Source: Candidatus Latescibacterota bacterium
GTDB lineage: Bacteria; Latescibacterota; UBA2968; GCA-2709665
NCBI GenBank assembly: GCA_965203805.1
Contig: OZ241917.1
Coordinates: forward strand, 4,448,001-4,512,000
DNA: 64,000 nucleotides
Direction of reading: 5' to 3'
Shown: one piece after another, positions 20,385 to 29,527 of the stretch
How the letters are laid out: each line of letters opens with the position of its first letter
Numbering within the stretch: position 1 is the stretch's first letter
Made by a program: the position numbers and the translations under genes
Notes under the pieces: model-generated
Database searches by the model: none
What the model was told of the DNA's origin: nothing
The model's input: only the letters and a program-made list of their open reading frames with translations

Positions 20385-21419
20385 TTGATCGAGCTCGTAA
20401 TTTACGTCTGTGCCGTGATCTTCGTCTCCGCGATGTGCTCTCTTTTCGAGGCCGTTCTCTATGCCGTACCCGTCAGTTACGTCGAGAGTCTCGCGCAGAA
20501 GGGCGCCGTTTCCGGCCGGATCCTGAAAGACCTGCGCATGCGCAACGTGGATCGTCCCATTTCGGCCATCCTTTCGCTGAATACGATCGCGAATACCGGC
20601 GGCGCTTTTCTGGCAGGCGCGGCGTTCATCATGGTATTCGGCGTGGAATGGGAGCTTTATTTCACCATCTTTATCACACTGTCGGTTCTGTTGCTTTCCG
20701 AAGTCATTCCCAAGACGGTCGGCGTGGTTTACAACCGTTCTCTGGCCGGCTTTGTTGCGATCCCGCTTCAATTCCTGGTCTGGGTCCTTTATCCTCTGGT
20801 GGTGATGTGCAGACTGGTCACCCGTGCGTTTTCGAAGGGCCGTTCGAGCCAGGAAGTGTCGGAAGAAGAGATCGCAGTCATGGCGCGCATGGGCCGGCAG
20901 ACCGGCGCGATACAACCCGATGAAGCCCGCGTGATGCAGAATATCCTCACCCTCAAACGCAGGACGGTGCAAGACGTGATGACCCCGCGTACGGTCGTAT
21001 TCGCGTTGAGCGCGGACCTGACCGTGGAGCAGGCGCAGAAGGAAGCGGGCGTCTGGCCGTACAGCCGGGTTCCGGTCTTCGAGAATGACTTTGAGGACGT
21101 GATCGGCGTCGTGATGCGTCGTGATGCGTTCAGTGCCCTGACCGAAGGGCGGGGGCAGACGACCGTTTCGGAACTGATGCGTCCGGTCCACTTCGTTGCA
21201 GAGACCGTCTCACTGGACCGCGTCCTGGAGATGTTTCTGGAACGGCGGCAGCACCTGTTCGCGGTCATCGACGAATACGGCGGGCTGGCAGGAATCCTGA
21301 CGCTGGAAGACGTGCTGGAAGAAATCCTGGGCAGGGAGATCGTGGACGAGTCCGATACGGTCACGGATATGCGGGAACTGGCGCGCCGCCGCCGCCGGCA
21401 GGTCTCGGAAGAGGAGTAG
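20385..21419 (+). CDS. CNNM/DUF21 + CBS-domain hemolysin-family membrane protein
   Basis: TTG after AGGAGG. 'SAMCSLFEAVLY', 'LSEVIPKT', 'DVMTPR', 'YSRVPV', 'VIDEYGG..GILTLEDVLEEILG'. Confidence 0.93.
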   Translation: MIELVIYVCAVIFVSAMCSLFEAVLYAVPVSYVESLAQKGAVSGRILKDLRMRNVDRPISAILSLNTIANTGGAFLAGAAFIMVFGVEWELYFTIFITLSVLLLSEVIPKTVGVVYNRSLAGFVAIPLQFLVWVLYPLVVMCRLVTRAFSKGRSSQEVSEEEIAVMARMGRQTGAIQPDEARVMQNILTLKRRTVQDVMTPRTVVFALSADLTVEQAQKEAGVWPYSRVPVFENDFEDVIGVVMRRDAFSALTEGRGQTTVSELMRPVHFVAETVSLDRVLEMFLERRQHLFAVIDEYGGLAGILTLEDVLEEILGREIVDESDTVTDMRELARRRRRQVSEEE

Positions 21420-21429
21420 GGGCATTTTC

Positions 21430-21484
21430 CCGGGAGTGAGGGCATCCTGCCCTCGATGGCAGGGCGAGACGCCCTCCACCCCGG
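21430..21484. repeat. REP-like imperfect inverted pair
   Basis: ccgggagtgagggcatcctgccct (21430-21453) is inverted relative to agggcgagacgccctccaccccgg (21461-21484). It resembles GGGAGCGCGGGCATCCTGCCCGC-type extragenic palindromes. Confidence 0.6.
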
Positions 21485-21540
21485 ACAAGCCCATCTGCGT
21501 CCGTGGAATCGGGTGCCTGGGTTTTTCTTGGAGGACAGGA

Positions 21541-22812
21541 ATGGCGGTCACACAGCCAACGCTCTTCGACCGGCCTCAACAGGCAACAGGACTCCTTTCT
21601 TACGACGAGTTCCTGGATCACATTGAGAATTTCGACGATTTTTTCAAACAAACCGAAGTCCTGGAATTCCCGGATGCGGATTTCGAGATTCCGGTCTTCG
21701 TGAATGAGTTCTGGACGTCGAAACAGAGAGCGGCCAATTCGCTTCACGAGGTTTCGTACCGCGCTTGTTTCAAGCCCCAGTTGCCCCGGTTTTTCATCAA
21801 ACGTCTGACCGCTCCGGGCGACGCGGTCTACGATCCCTTCCTGGGCCGCGGAACCACCGTCATTGAGGCGGCGTTGCTGGGGCGAACGCCCGTCGGGACG
21901 GACGTCAATCCGCTGAGCGAAATCCTCGTCTCGCCCCGGCTGGCCCCGCCTCCTCTCGCGGCCGTTTCCGAACGATTGAGGGAACTTCCGCTCGAGGCCC
22001 GAAGTGAGTCCTGGGACGACTTGCTGGCCTTCTATCATCCGAATACGTTGCGCCAGATAACGAACCTGCGGAAATACCTGCTTGCAAGACAGGAAGACGG
22101 AAGCCTGGATGCCGTCGACGGGTGGATCAGAATGGTGGCGACCAACCGGCTGACGGGTCATTCTCCCGGCTTCTTTTCGGTCTACACGCTGCCGCCGAAC
22201 CAGGCCGTCACAGTCGAACGGCAACGGGGAATCAACCTGAGCAGAAAGCAGACGCCTCCCGAACGGGACGTTCGGGTATCGATTCTGAAGAAGTCCAGGT
22301 CGCTCCTCGGCAAACTTGAGGAACACGACGCCAGACGGCTGCGGGAGACTTCGGGAAAGGCATTGCTCACGACCGGCTCGTCGGACGACACGCCGGAAAT
22401 AGCGAGCGATTCCGTCAGTCTGGTCGTGACTTCTCCGCCGTTTCTGGACGTGGTGGATTACCAGACGGACAACTGGCTGCGCTGCTGGTTTAACGGCATC
22501 GACGCGCGGACCGTGGACGTATGGCACTTCAATAAGCCGCGGGAATGGCAAGCGGCCATGACGCGGGTGTTCGCCGAACTCAAAAGGGTCCTCAAGCCGG
22601 GAGGTTATGTCGCATTCGAAGTCGGGGAAGTCCGCGGCGGGACAATCCTCCTGGAATCTCTCGTCGTGCCCGCGGCGGCGGAAGCGGGTCTCGAACCGCT
22701 GATGGTCCTGGTAAACGACCAGGTGTTCACCAAGACCTCCAACTGCTGGGGCGTGGAGAACCTCAAAAAGGGAACGAATACCAACAGGATCGTACTGTTG
22801 AGAAAACCCTGA
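21541..22812 (+). CDS. Site-specific amino (N4/N6) DNA methyltransferase, orphan
   Basis: ATG after a GGAGGACAGGA SD region. SAM-binding 'YDPFLGRGTT' precedes catalytic 'VTSPPF'; also 'RVLKPGG'. No restriction endonuclease is adjacent. Confidence 0.88.
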   Translation: MAVTQPTLFDRPQQATGLLSYDEFLDHIENFDDFFKQTEVLEFPDADFEIPVFVNEFWTSKQRAANSLHEVSYRACFKPQLPRFFIKRLTAPGDAVYDPFLGRGTTVIEAALLGRTPVGTDVNPLSEILVSPRLAPPPLAAVSERLRELPLEARSESWDDLLAFYHPNTLRQITNLRKYLLARQEDGSLDAVDGWIRMVATNRLTGHSPGFFSVYTLPPNQAVTVERQRGINLSRKQTPPERDVRVSILKKSRSLLGKLEEHDARRLRETSGKALLTTGSSDDTPEIASDSVSLVVTSPPFLDVVDYQTDNWLRCWFNGIDARTVDVWHFNKPREWQAAMTRVFAELKRVLKPGGYVAFEVGEVRGGTILLESLVVPAAAEAGLEPLMVLVNDQVFTKTSNCWGVENLKKGTNTNRIVLLRKP

Positions 22813-22900
22813 GAATTGTCTTCCAGATTTGGAAATCTCGTCTGTTACAGGGATGCGAGCTTACCTTCCGCCGTCTTTCCGACAGAAGGGCGGCAAGGCA

Positions 22901-22924
22901 GGCAGACAGGAGGGTCTGCCCCGC
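22901..22924. repeat. Degenerate REP-like hairpin
   Basis: ggcagac-aggagg-gtctgcc-ccgc, resembling GGCAGACAGGAATGTCTGCCCCAC-type palindromes. A second hairpin precedes it at ~22864-22898. Confidence 0.45.
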
Positions 22925-23091
22925 CTTCACGCCGGCTTACTCAACGTGGCGGAACTCGTGTGACTATGGCATTTCACGCATGACTCGGCGGCGCACAATA
23001 GAAGCCCACAGTTCCGGATGCGTCGAAACAAAGCGCAGCCGTGCCCAAAAAAAACACTGGAAAATTCCCAAAGATTCCTGTGAGTGTTGCC

Positions 23092-24114
23092 ATGTCAAAT
23101 GAAGACGTCGGGATCGGCATCATCGGCGGCGGAAAGGCCGGGCGGAACTTCGCCATGGCCATCCGGTCCTGCGCGGGCGCCAGGGTGCGGATGTTCTGTA
23201 CGCGGCACGAGGAATCGGCCAGGGACGCGGCGGAATCCTGCGGTGTCGCGGGATGGACGACGGAATACCGGACGATGTTGCGGGACCCGGAAATCGGGGC
23301 GATTATCGTGGCCACGCCCGACGAGTTTCACTGCGAGCACGCGGTCCTGGCTGCCCGTGCGAAAAAACACGTTCTGTGCGAAAAGCCGATGTGCCGTTCC
23401 GAGGAAGAGGCGGACCGGATGATCGGGGCGGCGCGGGAACATGGCGTGATCCTGATGGTCGGGTTCACCGAGCGGTACAGCCATCCCTGCGCCGAAGCCA
23501 AAAAACGGATTGACGCGGGCGAGATCGGTACGCCCAGGATGATGTTCGCCAGAAGATGCCATCCACGGTCCGTCCTGAGAAACCGTGCGTGGGTCAACGA
23601 CGATGAAACCGGCGGCGTCCTGAACTATGCCGGACCCCACAATATCGACCTGATCTGCTGGCTGATGGGAGGCGCGCCCGAACGGGTATACGGCGAAATG
23701 GGACAGCTGATTCTGAAAGATCAGAACTTTACCGATTGCGCGGTCATGACATTCAGATTTCCCAACGGGTCCGTCGCGGCGCTCTACGAGACCTTCGCGT
23801 ATCCGGGGACCTATCCCCACGGCGTGGACCGGAACATCGAGATCCTGGGTGACCGGGGGGTCCTGCACGTGGACTTCATGTCCCAGCCGCTGAGGGCGTT
23901 TACGGATGAGGGACACCAGGTGGCCGATTCGATTACGTGGCCGGCGTCCGAACACGGGATTCAGGGCGCGTTGCTGGCCGAAGTCGAGCATTTCATCCTG
24001 TGCGTACGGCAAGGGAGAACACCGCTCACGAAGGGCGAGGACGGCAAACTCGCGATGAGGATCGCGCTTGCCGCAAGGAAGGCGGCCGATACGGGAACGG
24101 CGATTCCCATATAG
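23092..24114 (+). CDS. Gfo/Idh/MocA family oxidoreductase
   Basis: 'VGIGIIGGGKAG', 'KHVLCEKP', 'GGVLNYAGPHNID'. Confidence 0.92.
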   Translation: MSNEDVGIGIIGGGKAGRNFAMAIRSCAGARVRMFCTRHEESARDAAESCGVAGWTTEYRTMLRDPEIGAIIVATPDEFHCEHAVLAARAKKHVLCEKPMCRSEEEADRMIGAAREHGVILMVGFTERYSHPCAEAKKRIDAGEIGTPRMMFARRCHPRSVLRNRAWVNDDETGGVLNYAGPHNIDLICWLMGGAPERVYGEMGQLILKDQNFTDCAVMTFRFPNGSVAALYETFAYPGTYPHGVDRNIEILGDRGVLHVDFMSQPLRAFTDEGHQVADSITWPASEHGIQGALLAEVEHFILCVRQGRTPLTKGEDGKLAMRIALAARKAADTGTAIPI

Positions 24115-24169
24115 AACGTGCGCTGGTACTTCAGTGGACGGTGCAGTCATTCAGTCTGAGAGGGAATTT

Positions 24170-27100
24170 ATGCTGACCATCGACAGAGACGCACCGGTCC
24201 CGCGGCCGGGGAGGTCCATCTGGTACACGGTGGACGGGATTCGCCGGGCACGGAAGAATATCCGCACGCAAGAGTGGGCCGCGAAAGAGTGGGAGCGGAT
24301 CAGTGAAGTGGCGGAGCGGTGGGTCCGTGTTTCCGACGAGGAGATCCACGCGCTGGTACCGGATCGGGGGTCGATCTTCTGCAGCGGGCGGAACGGGAGT
24401 CCCTGCTGCAAGGCCCCCTGGCGGTGCGAGGTGTCGCGGCCCCGCCGTGCATTCTGCGGAGCTTGCGGTCGTGAATATCCGGATAATCGAAAAGGGTCTC
24501 CTTTCCGCGACGAGGGACGCGGCTTCTACTACGAAGGAAAATGGTTCGCGCCGGTGCCCGTCTGGAACAGTTTTGTCGTGAGTATGCTGAGCACCTATTC
24601 GTACGGCTCCGGCGGCCCCACCGACAATGCGTTGTTGAATCTGGCCCTGGCCTACGCGATAACCGGCGAGACCCGGTTCGGAGAAAAGGCGCTGCTGATC
24701 TACGACGCGCTGGCCACGCTGGCGCCCACGACCATCGGGCCGCTGGACATTCCGGAGGGTAAACAGGAGCGGGAGATGGGGCGCATGCATGCCGAGACGT
24801 GCCACGTCAACCGGCAGCGGTTCGTTGACATGCAGGCGTACGATCTCATCTCGGGTCTTCGCGCGATGGACGGGATTTCACCGACACGGGGGAATGGGCG
24901 CATCAGCATCAGGCAGAATATCGCAGAAGGCATGCTGGAAGACTACATCATGACGGAGGGAGGCGGGTACAATCTGCATGAAGGAAACCTCACCCATTTC
25001 CAGAATCACGAACTGGACGGGTTCCGGGCGCTGCTGTCCATCGGCCTGGCGACCGGCAGACCCGACTTCATTACCTGGGCGGGAGGGGCTTTCCGGTCCT
25101 TTCTGGACAACGTGCTCGGCAGGGACGGAGGATACTACGAGAACTCCGAGATGTACGCGTATTTCTCCGGTACGCTGATGCAGGACGTGGCGGAACTGAT
25201 GTACCACTACGATCCCGGCAAGTACGCTTCACCTGAAGATTTCCCGGCGGCGGAGGCGCTGATGGGGCTGAGGAACGCCTTCGATCATCCCCGTCTCGTC
25301 CGGCTGTGCCTGGAGTACACGGAACTGATCCGGGCGTGCGGCCGCATCCCCTCCTATGGAAATACGAACGCGCTACCGGGTTACCGGCCGCCTTCGGAAC
25401 GCCAGGTGATGCCCTCGCACTGGTCGCTGCTGGAACGGCTCTACTTCCGGAGCGAAAGCGCGGAGACACGGCGGCAGGCGAAGGAAATGATGCTGGATCT
25501 GTCTGACGGCGCCGCCGAAAACGTCCGCAACGGGACGTGGGCGCTGTTCAATACCGAACCCGGTCCTGCCGGCGGAGAACGTGCCGCGCCCGCGCGCGGC
25601 TCTTCCTTTGTCGGTCATAAGGGCGTGGTGGTCCTGCGCAGCGGGGTCGGCGACCGATCGCGCGCGCTGATCGTCCGGGGAGGCGCGAATCTGCTGTCGC
25701 AGGACGATCAACTGGCGGTTTTTCTGTACGACAAGGGCCGCACGATTATCGAAGACGTGGGTTACGCCCTGGCCGGTTCACACGTGCACAAAGGGTGGGG
25801 CATGCGGGCGATCTCCCACGCGATGGTGACCGTGGACGAGGATATTCCCACGTCTCAGGGCTACGAATTCGTGCCCAGCGCGGACCTGGTTGCCTTCGAG
25901 GACATGGGCGGCGTGAAGATCGCGGAGTACTCCGCGCCGCTGTCACGGATCCACCAGGGCGCAACCGAGTACCGACGGGCGCTGGTCTTCTGCGACGTGG
26001 ACGAAGAGACCTCGTATACGCTGGACCTGTTCCTGGTGGCCGGAGGGCGCATCCACGACTACGCGGTGAACGGGCCGAAGTTCTTCGATGGGGATTCCGG
26101 CGCCTATTCGCTGGAAGGCGTGTCGCCCGAGGCCCGCGCGGGGGTGTGGACACTGGCGGGGCTGGGTACCCTGGACGGTTCCGAAGAGGCGAACGCGCCG
26201 GGAAAGAGCTGGGGAGAGCGAATCGGCCCGAACGATCGGATTCAGGGCGTGGCCGCTCCGGACGGCAGCCCGCTGCCCTACGGGTGGCTCCCGCCCCCGG
26301 GAAACGGGTACGCGTTCATCCACGACGTGAAGTCCGCCGCGCTGGAACGGGATGCGTACGCGCACTGGCGATTCGGCGACGAGCGGGACACCCATTTCGG
26401 TGTCCTCTTTCCCGCCGATCCCGACGCGACCCTCATCGCCTCAAAGGGTCCCGATCTGAAAGGCGAACAGCAGATCGACAGACTGATCGTCCGCCGGGAA
26501 GGGGAGGATGTGAAAAGCCTGTTTGTCAGCGCATTCGAGGCGTTTTCAGGTTCGCGCAACGTGACCGGCGTCCGGGTGCTCGCGCGGGATCTCCAAAGCG
26601 GGAGCGCCGCGGTGCGGGTGGAACTGGCGGACGGCAGGCGGGATACGATATTATTCTCGAGAAACGGCCGGATGGAACTGGAGGATCCCGAAGGGGCGCC
26701 AATCGCGCTGGCGGGGCGATTCGGAGTCGTTCGGGAAGGGAACGGCGAGGTGGCGCTGTTCCTGGTGGAAGGGACGCGCCTGCGGTTTGGCGACGCGGAA
26801 ACCACACTCCCGCACGCGCGTTTCGAAGCCCGGATCGCGGATATGGATGCCGATGCGGAAACCGTGACGATCGACCGGGGTCTACCGGGCTGGATGCGTT
26901 TGGAGGACCGTCTGTGCCGGGTCGAATCGGGCGAACCGGATGCGCCCTATTCTCACCGTTCGGGATATCGTGTCGCCGCCGCGGAGGGCGGAGAAACCGA
27001 CCGGCTGTTTCTGCAGCACGGCGACCCGCGGCTGGTCAGGGGCAAGGCTGTCTCTGTCGAAGCCCCGGATATCCTGAACTGCGACGTGCCGATCGCGTTT

Positions 27101-27334
27101 GCCTGGGGCTTCAATAACAGCGGTGATAAAGGTGAATATAGAGGAAAGGTGCTGCGAACGGAGGACGGATCGTTCTCGTCCAGGATCGTCGAACTGCTGG
27201 CGTTCAAGAAGATCCGGCTGGAATCCGTGAGGGGGCTGCGCCCGGGCAGCCGTTTCGAGATTCTCGATTTCAAGCCGGCGGATCGGATTTCGATTCCGAA
27301 TTCCGGGAGCTCGGTCCTGTCACGGAGACGTTGA
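24170..27334 (+). CDS. Heparinase II/III-like protein with an N-terminal Cys cluster, 1054 aa
   Basis: ATG after GAGAGGG. 'CSGRNGSPCC...FCGACG', 'FQNHE', 'DGGYYENSEMY', 'SHAMVTVD', 'YRRAL...YTLDLFLVAGG..HDY'. Confidence 0.78.
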   Translation: MLTIDRDAPVPRPGRSIWYTVDGIRRARKNIRTQEWAAKEWERISEVAERWVRVSDEEIHALVPDRGSIFCSGRNGSPCCKAPWRCEVSRPRRAFCGACGREYPDNRKGSPFRDEGRGFYYEGKWFAPVPVWNSFVVSMLSTYSYGSGGPTDNALLNLALAYAITGETRFGEKALLIYDALATLAPTTIGPLDIPEGKQEREMGRMHAETCHVNRQRFVDMQAYDLISGLRAMDGISPTRGNGRISIRQNIAEGMLEDYIMTEGGGYNLHEGNLTHFQNHELDGFRALLSIGLATGRPDFITWAGGAFRSFLDNVLGRDGGYYENSEMYAYFSGTLMQDVAELMYHYDPGKYASPEDFPAAEALMGLRNAFDHPRLVRLCLEYTELIRACGRIPSYGNTNALPGYRPPSERQVMPSHWSLLERLYFRSESAETRRQAKEMMLDLSDGAAENVRNGTWALFNTEPGPAGGERAAPARGSSFVGHKGVVVLRSGVGDRSRALIVRGGANLLSQDDQLAVFLYDKGRTIIEDVGYALAGSHVHKGWGMRAISHAMVTVDEDIPTSQGYEFVPSADLVAFEDMGGVKIAEYSAPLSRIHQGATEYRRALVFCDVDEETSYTLDLFLVAGGRIHDYAVNGPKFFDGDSGAYSLEGVSPEARAGVWTLAGLGTLDGSEEANAPGKSWGERIGPNDRIQGVAAPDGSPLPYGWLPPPGNGYAFIHDVKSAALERDAYAHWRFGDERDTHFGVLFPADPDATLIASKGPDLKGEQQIDRLIVRREGEDVKSLFVSAFEAFSGSRNVTGVRVLARDLQSGSAAVRVELADGRRDTILFSRNGRMELEDPEGAPIALAGRFGVVREGNGEVALFLVEGTRLRFGDAETTLPHARFEARIADMDADAETVTIDRGLPGWMRLEDRLCRVESGEPDAPYSHRSGYRVAAAEGGETDRLFLQHGDPRLVRGKAVSVEAPDILNCDVPIAFAWGFNNSGDKGEYRGKVLRTEDGSFSSRIVELLAFKKIRLESVRGLRPGSRFEILDFKPADRISIPNSGSSVLSRRR

Positions 27335-27544
27335 TCCCGGGACTGCAACCCGGTACCGGCAATGCTTTGATCGCGGCCCCAGTGCGGCATAGAGATGCGA
27401 TACGGCCGCCCTTTTTCCTTCTAATTTCCCCGATTATTCGATATTATGCACGGCAGCGGACTTTAGCGGAAGTGACACCTGGCACGACCGGGCGTTCCGG
27501 CAACAAACGCCGCTAAATCCTTCCACATCAACGGGGGGACGGTT

Positions 27545-29509
27545 ATGCAGACAACACAGCCGGATACACATCCTGAAGCGACTGCCGGTCCGGAACGATG
27601 GGGCGTCACCGTGCGAGCGGTCGCCATCGGGCTTGGCGTTGCCCTCTTCATTCAGGGCTGGGGCATCTTTTCCAGCCGGGTGATCCGGTCGTCCGGCGTG
27701 ACGGCCGGTTTTCTTTCGCCGGCCCTGTTCATTGCGATCCTGCTCGTCCTGTTCGTTCTGAATCCCTTCCTGAAGCGGGTCGTTCGGTCCGCGGGACTGA
27801 GCCTCGCGGAGATGCTGACGATTTTCGCGATGGGGCTGATGGGCGGCGCTCCCATCGCGCTCCTGTACGCCTTTATCACGATTCCCTACTACCTGGCCAC
27901 CCCTGAAAACCAGTGGGGCAACCTCCTGCACCCGAACCTGCCTTCATGGGTCGCGCCCCTCGACGTGGACGGCGCCGTCACGCTTCTGTTCAACGGATTG
28001 CCGGACGGGCAGGGTACGATACCATGGGGGGCATGGGTCGTGCCCATGTTCTGGTGGGTGCTTCTGTTCTGCGTGCTGGCATTCGCCGCGGCTTCGATTT
28101 CCGTGGTACTCCGGAAACAGTGGGTGGAACACGAGCGGCTGCGGTACCCGGTCCTGGAACCGATCGTGGAGATGGCCAGGGGCTCGGAATCCGGCGGGTG
28201 GTGGCCGCAGTTCGCCCGCGGAAAGCTGTTCTGGTTCGGGGCGGGATTCGCGTTCGTATTTATCTTCTGGAATGCGCTGCCCTGGATCTCGCCGGCCTTT
28301 CCCGAGATGCCGGTACGCGGGCGGGTGTATGCCTTCTTCGGGCGGGACATGCCGCCCATGTTCAGCTATATCGATCCTTTCTCCTTCGCGTTCTCCTACT
28401 TTGCGAACTTGGACGTTCTGTTCAGCGTCTGGTTCTTCTTCGCCGTGTTCGTGCTGGAATTCGGGATTTTCAACCGGCTGGGCTACAGCATCGGCGGCAG
28501 AGGCGACCGGTACGGGTCCTACGACGCGGCATCGAGCTGGCAGGGCCTGGGCGCGTTCTGCGTCTTTGTGTTGTTCGGCCTGTGGATGGCCAGGCGCCAC
28601 CTGAAGGACGTGGTGATGAAGGCGTGGCGGTCGGACCATTCCGTGGACGATTCGCGGGAGATGCTGTCGTACCGGACTGCGGTCCTGGGCGTTGTGGTTG
28701 GGTTTGTTTTTGCGGTCGTGTGGCTGAACCGGGCGGGGATGGACCTGCAGATGGCGATTCCGCTCGTGGCGATGCTCTTCGTTCTCTACATAGGCGTCGC
28801 GCGGATCATCGCCGAATCGGGCCTGTTGTACGTGCAGGGGCCGATGACGGCGCAGAGCTTTTCGGTGTATCTGCTGGGCGCGAAAGCGGTGTCGCCGTCG
28901 AGCCTGACCACGCTCCTTTTCTCCTATCCGATCCACGCGAATTCGACCTCGCAGATGTCGCACGTGGCCAAGGTCGGCGAACAGATCCGGGACAGAGGAC
29001 GACGGCTGTTCTGGGCGGTGGGTCTTTCGTTTCTTGCGACAACCCTGATCGTGATCGTCGGGACGCTCTATCTGGGCTATACCCGCGGGGCGGAGAATTT
29101 CGGACACGGCTTCATCTGCGGGGGCGTGCACAATTTTCCGGATACCGTGAGCAAGATCAAGGAGCCGTTCGACGTCGACTGGAACCGGATCATGTTTTTC
29201 GGGATCGGCGCAGTGGTGATGGTCGTCCTCACGTTTCTCCGCTACCGGTTTCCATGGTGGCCGATCCATCCGGTGGGGTTCGCCATTATGGGGACGGACC
29301 TGGTGCGAAATTTCGCGCTGACGCTGTTTCTGGCGTGGGCGTGCAAGACGGTGATTCTCCGCGTGGGCGGCAACACGCTGTTCCGGCAGGCGCAGCCGTT
29401 CTTCCTCGGCCTGCTGGTGGGGCACGTCCTGGGGATCACGGGGGCGTTCCTCGTGGATATGTTCATGTTCCCCGGAGCGGGGCATAGCATTCACCCGTGG
29501 ATTGAGTAA
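27545..29509 (+). CDS. DUF6785/DUF6784 multi-pass membrane protein (putative transporter)
   Basis: Very hydrophobic. Family motifs 'GVTVRAVAIG', 'YLATPENQW', 'VLRKQWVEHERLRYP', 'ARIIAESG', 'LRYRFPWWPIHPVGF', 'PFFLGLLVG'. Confidence 0.85.
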   Translation: MQTTQPDTHPEATAGPERWGVTVRAVAIGLGVALFIQGWGIFSSRVIRSSGVTAGFLSPALFIAILLVLFVLNPFLKRVVRSAGLSLAEMLTIFAMGLMGGAPIALLYAFITIPYYLATPENQWGNLLHPNLPSWVAPLDVDGAVTLLFNGLPDGQGTIPWGAWVVPMFWWVLLFCVLAFAAASISVVLRKQWVEHERLRYPVLEPIVEMARGSESGGWWPQFARGKLFWFGAGFAFVFIFWNALPWISPAFPEMPVRGRVYAFFGRDMPPMFSYIDPFSFAFSYFANLDVLFSVWFFFAVFVLEFGIFNRLGYSIGGRGDRYGSYDAASSWQGLGAFCVFVLFGLWMARRHLKDVVMKAWRSDHSVDDSREMLSYRTAVLGVVVGFVFAVVWLNRAGMDLQMAIPLVAMLFVLYIGVARIIAESGLLYVQGPMTAQSFSVYLLGAKAVSPSSLTTLLFSYPIHANSTSQMSHVAKVGEQIRDRGRRLFWAVGLSFLATTLIVIVGTLYLGYTRGAENFGHGFICGGVHNFPDTVSKIKEPFDVDWNRIMFFGIGAVVMVVLTFLRYRFPWWPIHPVGFAIMGTDLVRNFALTLFLAWACKTVILRVGGNTLFRQAQPFFLGLLVGHVLGITGAFLVDMFMFPGAGHSIHPWIE

Positions 29510-29527
29510 TGCGCTGTACGGGGATGA

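Noticed and set aside
27480-27496. TGGCAC as a sigma54 -24 element
   Set aside because: The -12 TTGC element is missing at the required spacing.
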